Shown here: positions 1 through 9,931 of the stretch, piece after piece
Position numbering within the stretch: the stretch's first letter is position 1
How the letters are laid out: each line of letters begins with the position of its first letter
DNA from: an uncultured delta proteobacterium
GTDB lineage: Bacteria > Desulfobacterota > RBG-13-43-22
Length of the DNA: 63,856 nt
NCBI GenBank assembly: GCA_963743305.1
Contig: CAVUPH010000036.1
Location: 1-63,856 of the forward strand
Direction of reading: 5' to 3'
Translations under genes and position numbers: made by a program
The notes under the pieces: model-generated
What the model saw: only the letters and a program-made list of their open reading frames with translations
Databases searched by the model: none
Told to the model about the DNA's origin: nothing

Positions 1-38
1 GAGCCCCTCGCCTGTCACCATTCTGGCCCTTGGCCTGC

Positions 39-120
39 TGTCATCCTGAGTCCCGTTGCAGGCGGGATATACTCCGCGAAGGATCTCGGATCTCGGCTCA
101 GGGTAAGCTCGGCGAATCAA
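39..120. repeat. REP-like extragenic palindromic element
   Basis: TGTCATCCTGAG...CGCGAAGGATCTC arrangement with internal hairpins, resembling the GTCAT-initiated REP units at 12079 and 56223. Confidence 0.45.
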
Positions 121-143
121 CTCATCACGAAGGAGAAGCCCTC

Positions 144-1509
144 ATGGGGGAAAAATTGGAAGTAGTGATCATCGGCGGGTCGGCGGCCGGACCCACGGCG
201 GCCAGCAGCGCCCGGCGGAAAGCGTCCGAGGCTAATATTACCATGCTGGAAAAGGGAGCCTTTGTCTCCGTCGGCTCCTGAGAGCTGCCCTATTACATCG
301 GTGATGTAATCAAGGACCACACGGAACTGATCGCCCGCACCCCGGAGGAATTTCGGAGCAAGCAGCGGATCGACGTCCGGCTGAACCACCAGGCCCTATC
401 CATTGATCGGGCCAACGGCCGGGTTCAGGTTCGGAATCAAGCCAGCGGACAGGAAATCACCCTGCCCTACGACCGGCTGATCATCGCCACCGGCGCCCGT
501 TCCCGGAAATTGGGGATCCCCGGCGAGGAGGCGGAAAATATCTTCACGCTCAAGGAGTTGGCCGACGGGATCCGAATCCGTCGTTTTATCGACCGGCAGC
601 GGCCCGGACGGGCAGTCATCATCGGGGCCGGCTACATCTCCCTGGAAGTGGCCGAAGCCCTGCGGGAGCGTGGGGTGGAAACCACCATCCTCTACCGCGG
701 CGACTACCCCTACAGCGGCCTGGAGCCGGAACTGGGACCGATCATCGTGGATGAACTGCAAGCCCGGGGGGTGGCCTTCCTGGGTCGGGTCAACCCGCAG
801 GCCTTTGAGACCCGAGGTGATCAGGCCGTGCAGGTACTAACCGACCAGGGTTCTTTTCCGGCCGACCTTTTTTTTGTCGGCATCGGGGTTCAGCCAAACA
901 GTGAAATCGCCCGCCAGGCCGGGATCGTCCTGGGAGAGACCGGCGGCATCCAGGTCAACGACCGTATGCTGACCAACGACCCGCTCATTTTTTCAGCCGG
1001 TGACTGCTGCGAAAAATTTCACCGGGTTACCGGAAAGCCGGTCTTAGTCCCCCTGGGGGATATTGCCAACAAGGAAGGACGCGTAGCCGGGGAAAATGCC
1101 GTGGGCGGCCGGTCGCAATTTCACGGCATCGTGGGCGCCGCCTGCGTCAAGGTTTTCAACCTGGAGATCGGCCTGGCGGGAATATCGGAAGCCCAGGCTA
1201 AAAAGTTGGGCTATCCCTGCTATCAGTCAGGTGGTGGAAACCGGTTCCCGGGTGGGTATCTACCCCGGGGTTCAGCATTCCTTGCTCAAGATCGTGGCGG
1301 ATTCCTCTACGGGAAAAATCCTGGGAGGGAATTGGATCGGCCGGGACGGCGAAGCCCGCAAGATCAATACCCTGGCCGTGGCCCTTTATAATGAAATGAC
1401 CCTGGAGGAGATCTCCCGGCTGGACCTGGCTTATGCCCCGCCCTTCAGCCCGGTCTGGGATCCCCTGCTGATCGCCGCCAATCTACTGAAAAGAAAGGTG
1501 AAAAATTAG
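144..1509 (+). CDS. CoA-disulfide reductase/NADH oxidase-family flavoprotein, probable selenoprotein (UGA at 279-281); one apparent frameshift near 1215
   Basis: RBS AGGAG then ATG 144. FAD motif IIGGSAAG. SVGS-TGA-ELPYYIG matches the family SxxxCGLPYYIG motif. Frame continues into ORF 510..1391 (ATGA, GAGYISLE, AGDC). The C-terminal DLAYAPPFSPVWDP motif is in the frame of ORF 1096..1509. Confidence 0.85.
282..315 (+). other. Candidate bacterial SECIS element
   Basis: Perfect stem ATTACATC (292-299)/GATGTAAT (303-310) with a G-containing apical loop GGT about 19 nt after the in-frame TGA; CCT/AGG extends the stem. Confidence 0.65.
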
Positions 1510-1795
1510 AATCGGATCTAAACTCCCTCCTAACAGATCGATCTCCCCTACTCTTCCCTCAGGGAGAATTCAGAAAAGGCTGGGAGTCATCGGCAGGGAA
1601 GATTAATAGCCAAATTACAGCTAGTAGGCTATAGTTATTTTACCCTAAAGACGATCTTAGGTAGACATCGGGAAAACGACGTTATTACCCTGTTGGCCGA
1701 CAATATTTCCGCGGGACACCGTTTTCCGGGCGGTCTCAGCCCGTTTTGCCGATATTCGCCAAACCGAAACCATCCCACCTTATTCTGGTCCACTG

Positions 1796-4579
1796 ATGAA
1801 AGCGAGCATTCTTCCGGGGCCTCGTCCCTTGAATAAAAAAATGCTGGCCTATGCCGGCATCTTTTTAATTGCCCTGGCGGCCCGAGGGATCCCCTTGCTG
1901 ACCGCGGAGTTAGGGGGCGATGAATCGGTCATCGGGATCATGAGCCTGCGGGTCCTGGCCGGTGAATTCCCGGTTTTTTTTTATGGGCAGAATTTCATGG
2001 GGTCCCTGGAGGCCTATTTGAGCGCTGTTCTGGTTCTCGGCCTCGGTCCCCAGGCCTGGGTCCTGGAGCTGCTCCCGGTTATGCTTTCTTTCCTTTTTCT
2101 CTTTTTGATCCGGCAACTGGGACGGACCTTTTTTTCCGAAAAGGTGGTGCTGCTGGCCCTCCTTTACCTGGCCCTTCCGCCCTACTTCTATCTGGATTGG
2201 ACTCATGAAGCCCGATCTCATTATCCGCTGACCCTGATCTTCGGCAGCCTGCTGTTAGTGCTGGTTTCCAGAATTATTTATCAGAAATCAAAGCCGGAAG
2301 AACGCTCCCGGCAACTGATCTTCCTGGGACTGATGGCCGGGCTGGGCTGGTGGACTAATCATCTCATCGTTTGTTATCTTTTGCCGGCTTTCTTTTTTCT
2401 CTGGCTCTTCGATAAAAAACTTCCCCTGCGCCCTTCTTTTTTCTTCGTGATCATCTTTTTTCTTCTGGGAGGTCTACCCCAGTTTCTTTATCAGGCGCGG
2501 CACCCGGATTCCGGCCTCCAGATTCTCCGGCTGATTGTCTGGCCTGACTGGAAAATTATCGCTGTTGACTTTTTTGGTAATGCGCTGCCGATACTGGGAG
2601 GAATTCCGTATCCCTTCACTTCGGAACCCGGCAAGATTATTCCTTTCGTCGTCTTCCTGACCCTCCTGGGCCTGGCTTTGGCCTCCAGCCTGATGAATAG
2701 AGGAGACGGACTGGCCGGGCTTTTTGGACCTCCCAATCGAAAGTCCCAGGGGACGGCCTTACTGCTGTTGACCCTGCTCGCTACGATCGCCATTAATCTG
2801 CTGACGGTTTTCAACGTCCGACTCAGCGATTATGACCCCAAATATTTCCTTCCCTATTACACCAGCATTCCCTTCTTTTTGGCTCTTTTTATCGATAAAA
2901 CCACCTCTAAATCTCTGCTGGGCGGATTGGTTCTCCTGGGTCTACTCCTCGGGGTTAATTGTTGGGGGTCCCTTATAAAGCCGAGCTGGCCCTTCCTGGT
3001 CCCGGAACAACGCCAGGCCGTGGCCCAGAGGAAGAATGCCGATTCGGCTTTAATCCGGGCCATCACGGAAAAGGGGATCCAAAGAATTTACAGTCCCTAT
3101 TATCCTAACCGACTCACCTTTCTCTCCGGGGAAAAAATGATCGCCGTTGATCCCTACCAGGCCGTTTATCTACGCTATGCCCAGTGGGTAGACAGCACGG
3201 ACCGACCGGCCTATTTATACCCCCGACCTGATACCCTCTGGGCGGATAACCTGAAAGCCTTGGGCGGCGGCTGCCAAAAATCGACGCCTATCCCCGGTTT
3301 TGACCTTTTTACGGATTTTATTCCTCCCCCCGGTCCTTTTCTCCCTTTAAGCAGGCGCGGGTGGTCGGCCACGGCCAACCGGGAGAACCGCCTGACGCGG
3401 GCCGCCATCGACGGAGATATGGAGAGCGCCTGGTTCAGCCCTCAGGAAGCGGGAGTTTTTTTTCTGTTAGATTTAGGCCGGACAGAAACAATAAATAAAG
3501 TCAGTTGGTGGTCGGGCAGTTATCGCCATATTCCGGCCGGCTATCAAATCGAGGTGTCGGCGACTGGAAAAAAATGGCAGGTCGTAACCCGGGTGGCGGA
3601 CTATGTCGGTCCTTTTTTCTGGTCCGGACCCGGTCCCATGATCAAGATCCGGCGGGGTCGGGTGGAGGCCACCTTTGATCCCGTCCCCGCCCGTTTCCTG
3701 AAGATAACCTTAACCAAGGGCCGACCGGATTATTATTGGTCCATCCGCGAACTCCTGGTGTACCGCACCGCCGGGGCGAATAAAAGAATCGCCGTCGGGA
3801 AAGGACCCCTTCAGGGTTTGGTGGCTTTCCTCAAAGAGCAGGGAGTTAACCAGGCCTATGGAGACCACTGGCTATCCGCCGTAATCCAGGTTGAGAGCAG
3901 AGGGACCATTTCGACCGTGGGGTCCAATCACTTCTTGGGAGATAACGGGGAGGTGGTTCCCCCTCCGGATTTTATCGATTCTCTGGAACTCACCCCCACC
4001 ACGGCGGTGGTTATCGATCAAACCGAAATGCCTGAGATTGAAGAAATGCTCGCCGAGTACGGGGTCACCTTCCAACAGAAATTTTTCGGACCCTATCGCG
4101 TTTGCTATCATTTTATGAAAGCCCCCGAGGTTCCCTTGGATCGGTCGAGGTGGCGGGCCTCGGCGAATGCCAACCCGCGGGAGGCCTCCCTGGCCCTGGA
4201 CGGAAATCCCCGAACGCGCTGGACTTCCCTTAAACCCCAGACTCCCGGCTTGTATTTCCAGTTGGATCTGGGCCGAAGGGAAACCATACGGAGGATGACG
4301 CTGCGGCTGGAAGATTCCCTTAAGGATTACCCCCGGGATTTGAAGCTGTGGGTATCATCCGACGGGACGAACTGGCGAAACATGGAAACCCAGTGGGTCT
4401 CTGCTCTGTATTGGGCCGGGAACCGTTTTTTCAATAAACGGGGGGATCGGATTACCTATTTCTTTGCTTCGGTTTCCTGCCGTTATGTGCGGCTGGAACA
4501 ACAGGGGTCCGATCCAACCTACTATTGGTCGATCCATGAATTCGACCTGATCGGGCCGACAGCCCGCCGGACACCTTGA
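1796..4579 (+). CDS. ArnT/PMT-like (GT-C) membrane glycosyltransferase with two C-terminal F5/8 type C (discoidin) domains
   Basis: N-terminal multi-TM region with GDESVIG...FPVFFYGQNFMGSLEAY. Two 'W.A.AN...AIDGD...W...Q..G..F.LDLG...YYWSI.E' repeats. Confidence 0.8.
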   Translation: MKASILPGPRPLNKKMLAYAGIFLIALAARGIPLLTAELGGDESVIGIMSLRVLAGEFPVFFYGQNFMGSLEAYLSAVLVLGLGPQAWVLELLPVMLSFLFLFLIRQLGRTFFSEKVVLLALLYLALPPYFYLDWTHEARSHYPLTLIFGSLLLVLVSRIIYQKSKPEERSRQLIFLGLMAGLGWWTNHLIVCYLLPAFFFLWLFDKKLPLRPSFFFVIIFFLLGGLPQFLYQARHPDSGLQILRLIVWPDWKIIAVDFFGNALPILGGIPYPFTSEPGKIIPFVVFLTLLGLALASSLMNRGDGLAGLFGPPNRKSQGTALLLLTLLATIAINLLTVFNVRLSDYDPKYFLPYYTSIPFFLALFIDKTTSKSLLGGLVLLGLLLGVNCWGSLIKPSWPFLVPEQRQAVAQRKNADSALIRAITEKGIQRIYSPYYPNRLTFLSGEKMIAVDPYQAVYLRYAQWVDSTDRPAYLYPRPDTLWADNLKALGGGCQKSTPIPGFDLFTDFIPPPGPFLPLSRRGWSATANRENRLTRAAIDGDMESAWFSPQEAGVFFLLDLGRTETINKVSWWSGSYRHIPAGYQIEVSATGKKWQVVTRVADYVGPFFWSGPGPMIKIRRGRVEATFDPVPARFLKITLTKGRPDYYWSIRELLVYRTAGANKRIAVGKGPLQGLVAFLKEQGVNQAYGDHWLSAVIQVESRGTISTVGSNHFLGDNGEVVPPPDFIDSLELTPTTAVVIDQTEMPEIEEMLAEYGVTFQQKFFGPYRVCYHFMKAPEVPLDRSRWRASANANPREASLALDGNPRTRWTSLKPQTPGLYFQLDLGRRETIRRMTLRLEDSLKDYPRDLKLWVSSDGTNWRNMETQWVSALYWAGNRFFNKRGDRITYFFASVSCRYVRLEQQGSDPTYYWSIHEFDLIGPTARRTP

Positions 4580-5961
4580 CCTTGAATTCAATCCATTCAA
4601 AAAAGACCCTCGAGAACACCAATAGCTCCGGGCGGCCGGCGTCCTCCGGATCGCGAGGTTCCTTGGTCTTAAGAGCCTTCCGACACCGGAATTTCCGGCT
4701 TTTTTTCGGAGGACAGTTCATTTCGCTTACCGGCACCTGGATGCAGTGGATAGCACAATCCTGGCTGGTCTACCGATTAACCGATTCGGCGGCCTGGTTG
4801 GGTTTCGTCGGTTTTGCCGGTCAAATTCCGGTTCTTCTGCTCGCTCCCGTCGGCGGTGCGGTGGCCGATAGACATAACCGCCATCGCATTCTGGTGATGA
4901 CGCAAGCGGCCTCCATGCTCTTAGCCTTTTTCCTGGCGGCGTTGAGCCTGACTCAAAGAGTGCAGGTCTGGGAGGTATTTATGATCGCCTCCTTGCTCGG
5001 CGTGGTGAATGCCTTTGACATACCCACCCGACAGGCTTTTCTGATGGATATGGTGGGGCGAGAAGACCTGCTGAACGCCATTGCCTTGAACTCTTCGATG
5101 TTTAATGGGGCACGCATTGTCGGTCCGGCCGTAGGAGGCCTGTTAGTGGCTGGTATTGGTGAAGGGTGGTGTTTTTTCGCCAATGCCGTCAGCTACCTGG
5201 CGGTCATTACCGGACTGCTGCTGATGAAGATCGATTTCCCGACCCGGGTTCCCCAGACCGACTCGGCGCTGCACAGCATCATCGACGGTTTTCGCTATGT
5301 CGGAAGGACGGGGCCGATTCGGGCCTTGTTGATCTTACTCGGACTGATCAGTCTCCTGGGAATGCCGTATGTCGTCCTCATGCCGATCTTCGCCGCTCGC
5401 ATCCTGCACGGCGGGGCTCGAGGGCTAGGACTGTTGATGGGAGCCTCCGGGGTGGGCGCCCTGATATCCGCGTTGCTTCTCGCGGCGCGGCGGGAGGTGC
5501 GTGGTCTGGGACGCTGGGTCAGTTTTTCGGCCACCGGTTTTGGAGTCAGCCTCATCCTGTTTTCCCTGTCCCGATGGTTCTGGCTTTCCGCGGCCCTTCT
5601 TTTGCCGGTGGGTTTCTGCCTGATGGCGGAAATGGCCGCCTCTAACACCCTCATTCAATCCATGGTCCCGGACAAGTTGCGCGGACGGGTCATGTCCGTC
5701 TATTCGATGATGTTCATGGGCATGGCCCCCTTCGGAGCGCTCCTGGCCGGGGCCATGGCCCACCATCTAGGGGCTCCGATCACCGTAGCTCTCGGCGGAG
5801 TCGTAGGCGTCATGGCTGGCCTGGGGTTTGGATACCGGTTGCCGGGTCTTAGACAGGAAGCCCGGGGAATGATCAGCACCCGGCCACCGAAGGGCGGGAC
5901 CGTCGCTGAAACAACCGAAGTAGAAAGAACCTTCCCCCCAAAAAACCAAGGCCTTGATTAG
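4576..5961 (+). CDS. MFS transporter (MFS_3/DHA3-like)
   Basis: AFRHRNFRLFFGGQFISLTGTWMQ, GGAVADRHNRHR, LRGRVMS; about 12 TM segments. True start may be slightly downstream. Confidence 0.9.
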   Translation: MTLNSIHSKKTLENTNSSGRPASSGSRGSLVLRAFRHRNFRLFFGGQFISLTGTWMQWIAQSWLVYRLTDSAAWLGFVGFAGQIPVLLLAPVGGAVADRHNRHRILVMTQAASMLLAFFLAALSLTQRVQVWEVFMIASLLGVVNAFDIPTRQAFLMDMVGREDLLNAIALNSSMFNGARIVGPAVGGLLVAGIGEGWCFFANAVSYLAVITGLLLMKIDFPTRVPQTDSALHSIIDGFRYVGRTGPIRALLILLGLISLLGMPYVVLMPIFAARILHGGARGLGLLMGASGVGALISALLLAARREVRGLGRWVSFSATGFGVSLILFSLSRWFWLSAALLLPVGFCLMAEMAASNTLIQSMVPDKLRGRVMSVYSMMFMGMAPFGALLAGAMAHHLGAPITVALGGVVGVMAGLGFGYRLPGLRQEARGMISTRPPKGGTVAETTEVERTFPPKNQGLD

Positions 5962-5998
5962 AACCACCACCCGAGACCGCTTCCCTGCAAAAACCAAC

Positions 5999-6047
5999 AA
6001 AAAGGGACAAGGGAAAAGAACAAATAAAATACCCTTGCCCCTTTTTT
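5999..6047. terminator. Probable bidirectional terminator between convergent MFS gene and arsM
   Basis: AAAAAGGGACAAGGG ... CCCTTGCCCCTTTTTT inverted repeat flanked by A and T tracts. Confidence 0.5.
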
Positions 6048-6888
6048 CATTTTAAAGCAGCCGCCGGTCTATGAGCCTCCACTTTTAAACCGGCTATGGA
6101 ACGGATTCCGACTTGCATTTGCTCGGGAGAAAGGTTCAACTGCTCCATAACGGTCTGCCCCAGCGGGTCGCCCTGAAAGAGCTCCCCGAGACCGGGGTTT
6201 CACCGACCACGCGCACCTCCTCAAACCCGGCGGCTTGAATGGCGGCCAGATACTCCTCCCGCCTGACCGCTCCGGATAAACAGGCCACATAAGCCCCGGC
6301 CGACTCCCGGATGGCCTGGGGGATTTCCTGAAGCCAGACAATATCGGAAATCATCAACCGTCCTCCAGGCTTCAGGACCCGCAGGGCCTCTTGAAATACC
6401 TGATTTTTATCCGGTGCGAGATTGATGACGCAATTGGAGATGATTAAGTCCACCGACTTGTCCGCCGCCGGCAGGTGTTCTATCTCGCCCAGACGAAACT
6501 CCACATTTTGAAAGCCGCCTTTCCGGGCGTTTTCCCGGGCTTTAGCGATCATCTCGGGCGTCATGTCCACCCCGATTACCTTTCCGTGCTCACCGACCTG
6601 ACGGGCCGCGAGGAAACAGTCAAAGCCGGCGCCGGAGCCGAGGTCCAAGACCACTTCCCCCGCCTTTATCGCTGCCAGCGCCAGGGGATTGCCGCAACCC
6701 AGGCCAAGATTGGCCCCCTCCGGGACCGATTGGATTTCCTCCGCGGAATAGCCGACCTGGCGGCTGATCGTTTCGGCCGTGGGTGTGCTCCCGCAACAGG
6801 AAATCGTGGGGAAACAACAGGCTCCTTCTTGGGTGGCGATCCGGCCGTAGCCTTCCCGAACTGCTTTCTTGATTTCTTCTTCTCTCAT
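6047..6888 (-). CDS. arsM: Arsenite S-adenosylmethyltransferase; apparent 1-nt deletion near 6185
   Basis: N-terminal CC/CCG, ANLGLGCGNP, VLDLGSGAGFDCF, ISNCVINL, YVACLSGA. Adding one G in the G-run restores GELFQGDPLGQ...LKVEAHRPAAALK*, ending at 6047. Confidence 0.9.
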
Positions 6889-6906
6889 CAGGATATCCTC
6901 CTCTCA

Positions 6907-7194
6907 TTACTCTTTGTTTTTTACAAAATCACGGGCCAGAGGGCCCAGGAAATCCCGAGCCATCCCGGCCAGCTCTTCGGCCTTGACCAAAAACAGACAG
7001 CAGACCTTTCCCTCTTTCTCCCAGGTGATCACCGCCAGTTTGTCCCCGGCTCGGATCCCGGCCTTTTCCCGGATTTCTTTGGGCAACACCGTCTGGCCCC
7101 GTTCGTCCACGGTGATCAATGACTCCACCCGGGTGCGCCCCGACTCCCCCCCGGAGGAGAGTCCGCAGCATTGATTCTTCTGTTTTTCTTTCAT
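6907..7194 (-). CDS. AbrB/MazE/SpoVT-type DNA-binding protein with two vicinal Cys pairs (resembles the 'HgcAB-associated' family)
   Basis: VESLITVDERGQTVLPKEIREKAGIRAGDKL AbrB signature; N-terminal CCG and internal CC; immediately upstream of arsM. Confidence 0.75.
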   Translation of the reverse strand: MKEKQKNQCCGLSSGGESGRTRVESLITVDERGQTVLPKEIREKAGIRAGDKLAVITWEKEGKVCCLFLVKAEELAGMARDFLGPLARDFVKNKE

Positions 7195-7230
7195 TCACAA
7201 TTCCTCCCCTCTGCTCGCTAGAAATCAACT

Positions 7231-7287
7231 AAATCAGAATTTACTGATTTTTCTGATAAAATAATTCCAGCAAATCGGGGTTGTCAA
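7231..7287 (-). promoter_or_regulatory. Putative sigma70 promoter and palindromic operator for the AbrB-arsM operon
   Basis: TTGACA on the minus strand at 7282-7287; inverted repeat AAATCAG-N6-CTGATTT at 7231-7250. Confidence 0.45.
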
Positions 7288-7395
7288 TGAATTTTTGAAA
7301 TAGAGGTCAAATTTTTTTGTTAAAGTTGGAATTAAAAAAAATCGATAAGTTAGGCAATTAGTCCCATCAGGTAGGCTTGAAGAAGGGAGAGCGTC

Positions 7396-9862
7396 ATGAG
7401 AATTAAAACGAAACTTTCCTTAAATGCCGCCGTAGTCTTGGTCGCCATAGCCATTATCATCATTTCAGCCCTCATCAGCGCCAGGATAGTCAACCAGAAC
7501 ATTCAGGAACTGACCCAAAAAACAACGCCTTACCAATTAAGGGCCCTGAATCAACAACGGGCGCTTCAGGCCCATACCACCAATCTGGTTCATCTTTCGT
7601 CCACCAAGACCCTGGAGGAGTATAAAACTTCGGTGACGAGCGCTTCGGAATCCCTGGCCCAGCTCAACAAGACTACCGCCGAACTCAACAAGATTAAGGC
7701 CGTTTCCGGCAGTGAGGACAAAACCATTTCCAATATTACCAAGGATATTCAGAATAATACCGAACGGAAGCTGAACGCCTGGGGAAAAGCCCTCGCGGAC
7801 TCCAAACCCATTCAAGAGAAGCTCAAGGAGGCCTTGAATCAATTGGACAACCTCCTGCGAGGCTTGCAGAAGAGCAGTTCCAGCACCGTGGTTAAAGGGG
7901 TGGACAATTTGCTGGCCTCGAACCAGCAGCTCAATAGTTTTCTCGTCGTTAGGGATAGTCTGAAAGATCTGAACCTACTCATCGCCAAGATTCCGGCAAC
8001 CGCGGATAAGCGCTCCGTGGCCGTCATGAGGGATAATGCAACCGGAATCATTAAGAACGCCGTCCAGGCAGTAAAAAGCGTCAAGGGAATGGATCAGCGG
8101 GTTAACGAGATTTCCCAGAAAATGGCCGCCTTTAATGAAAAGATAGCCGGGAACAAAGGACTGGCCTCATTGCAGCTCAGGAATATCAGTGACGAGGACG
8201 ATAAGCAGAAAGAGAAAATCGAGGGTATGGCCAAGGAAATAGGTTACGAGATATCCTATTTATTGCCGGCCGTCGAAAAAGAAATCAATAATGGCAACGC
8301 CCAACTGAAGAGCAATACCGACGAGATGTCCAGAGAACCTTGACTCGTTGGGAAATACCAACCAGGTTTTATCCTTGTCCTCGGGATTGTCCCTGTTGAA
8401 CGCCTCCCTGGTGACCTATCTCAACAATTGCCTGCACGCCAAAGACATGAATGATTTCAGTCAGCAGGTAGCCGTTGTTTCCAACTTGTTCCAGGAAGCC
8501 AATAATTCCGGGCAGAAACTGAGCGCGCTGCTCAAGAAAGGAAATCACCCCAACGAGTTAAAAATAGTTGCGGCCTATAACAACACCTTGTCCAGCGTCA
8601 AGGCCTCTTTTGTAGGTTCGGAAGGGGTTGCCGAAAAAGTAAAAGCCGCCATTCAGAGCACGGAAGAACTTGAGAAGCTGAACGGCCAGGTGCGTGGGAT
8701 TGTGGCCAAACAGATTGAAGAAAGCAAGAAGGAAGTTTCACTGGCCGGGGTGAACCAGGAAAATGTGGTCCTGTCCCTGAACCGGGCGGCTCAGAGAAAC
8801 CTGACCATGGTCATCGTCATCGGAGTGCTGATCGGCGCCGTGGCCCTGCTGATGAGCCTGGGTATCAGCCGCTCCATCACCCGGCCGATCACCAGGGTCA
8901 TCGAGGGGCTTACCGAGGGTGCGGAACGGATGTCCTCGGCCTCGGCGCAGGTCTTATCGGAGAGCCGGTCGTTGGCCGAAGGCGCCTCCGCCCAGGCGGC
9001 GGGCATTGAAGAAACCTCTTCTTCTATGGAGGAAATGGCCTCGATGACCAAACAGAATGCCGATTCCGCTCATCAAGCCAACAGCCTGATGAAGGAAACC
9101 GCCAAGGTCGTGGAGGAAGCCAATGTCTCCATGAATGAACTGACCCGGTCGATGGACGAAATTACGCTAGCCAACCAGGAGACGGGAAAGATCATTAAAA
9201 CGATCGATGACATTGCTTTTCAAACCAATCTGCTGGCTCTGAACGCCGCCGTCGAGGCGGCCCGGGCCGGGGAGGCGGGGGCCGGGTTCGCCGTGGTGGC
9301 CAATGAGGTCCGCAACCTGGCCCTCAGGGCGGCAGATGCCGCCAAAAGCACGGCCGGTCTGATCGAAGAAACCGTCCTCAAGATTAAGAACGGTTCGGAA
9401 ATCGTCCATCAAACCAATGAAGACTTTGGACGAGTAGCCCAGAAGGCCCAACAGGTGAGCAATGGGGTGAACGATATCGCCCAGGCCTCTTCCGAACAGA
9501 CTCAGGGTATCGAGCAGATCAACAAGGCGGTAGCGGAAATGGACCGGGTGGTTCAGAAGAATGCCCTCAGTGCCCAACAGTCCGCCGAAGCGGCCGAGGA
9601 AATGAATTCCCAAGCGAAAACAATGAAAGAGTTCGTGAACGATCTTTTTGTCCTGGTCGGCAAAAAAAACGGCCGAGGATCGGCGGCTAATCTGAAAGCC
9701 ATCCCCGCTGCGGCTAGGAAACCTTTGCTGATCGCGAAAGGTCATCCCGGCAGTAAAAACGCGGCCAGCCGGCCCGAGAAAAAGAAAAACAAATCCGGCT
9801 CGTTCGAGGTCAACCCCTCACAGGTTATCCCTTTTGAGGAAAAGGATCTGCTTAAAGTCTAA
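7396..9862 (+). CDS. Methyl-accepting chemotaxis protein with large periplasmic domain; apparent 1-nt insertion near 8335
   Basis: N-terminal TM in ORF 7396..8343. Second TM, HAMP and [37 protein letters not shown] in ORF 8348..9862. Confidence 0.88.
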
Positions 9863-9931
9863 GTCCAAAGCCAGAAATCAGGACCAACCAAAAATGGATT
9901 GGCAGCCCCAATCCATTCAAAGGAGGGAACC

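Noticed and set aside
8341-8343. TGA in the MCP as another selenocysteine codon
   Set aside because: The downstream part is in a different frame and no Cys is expected at this position.
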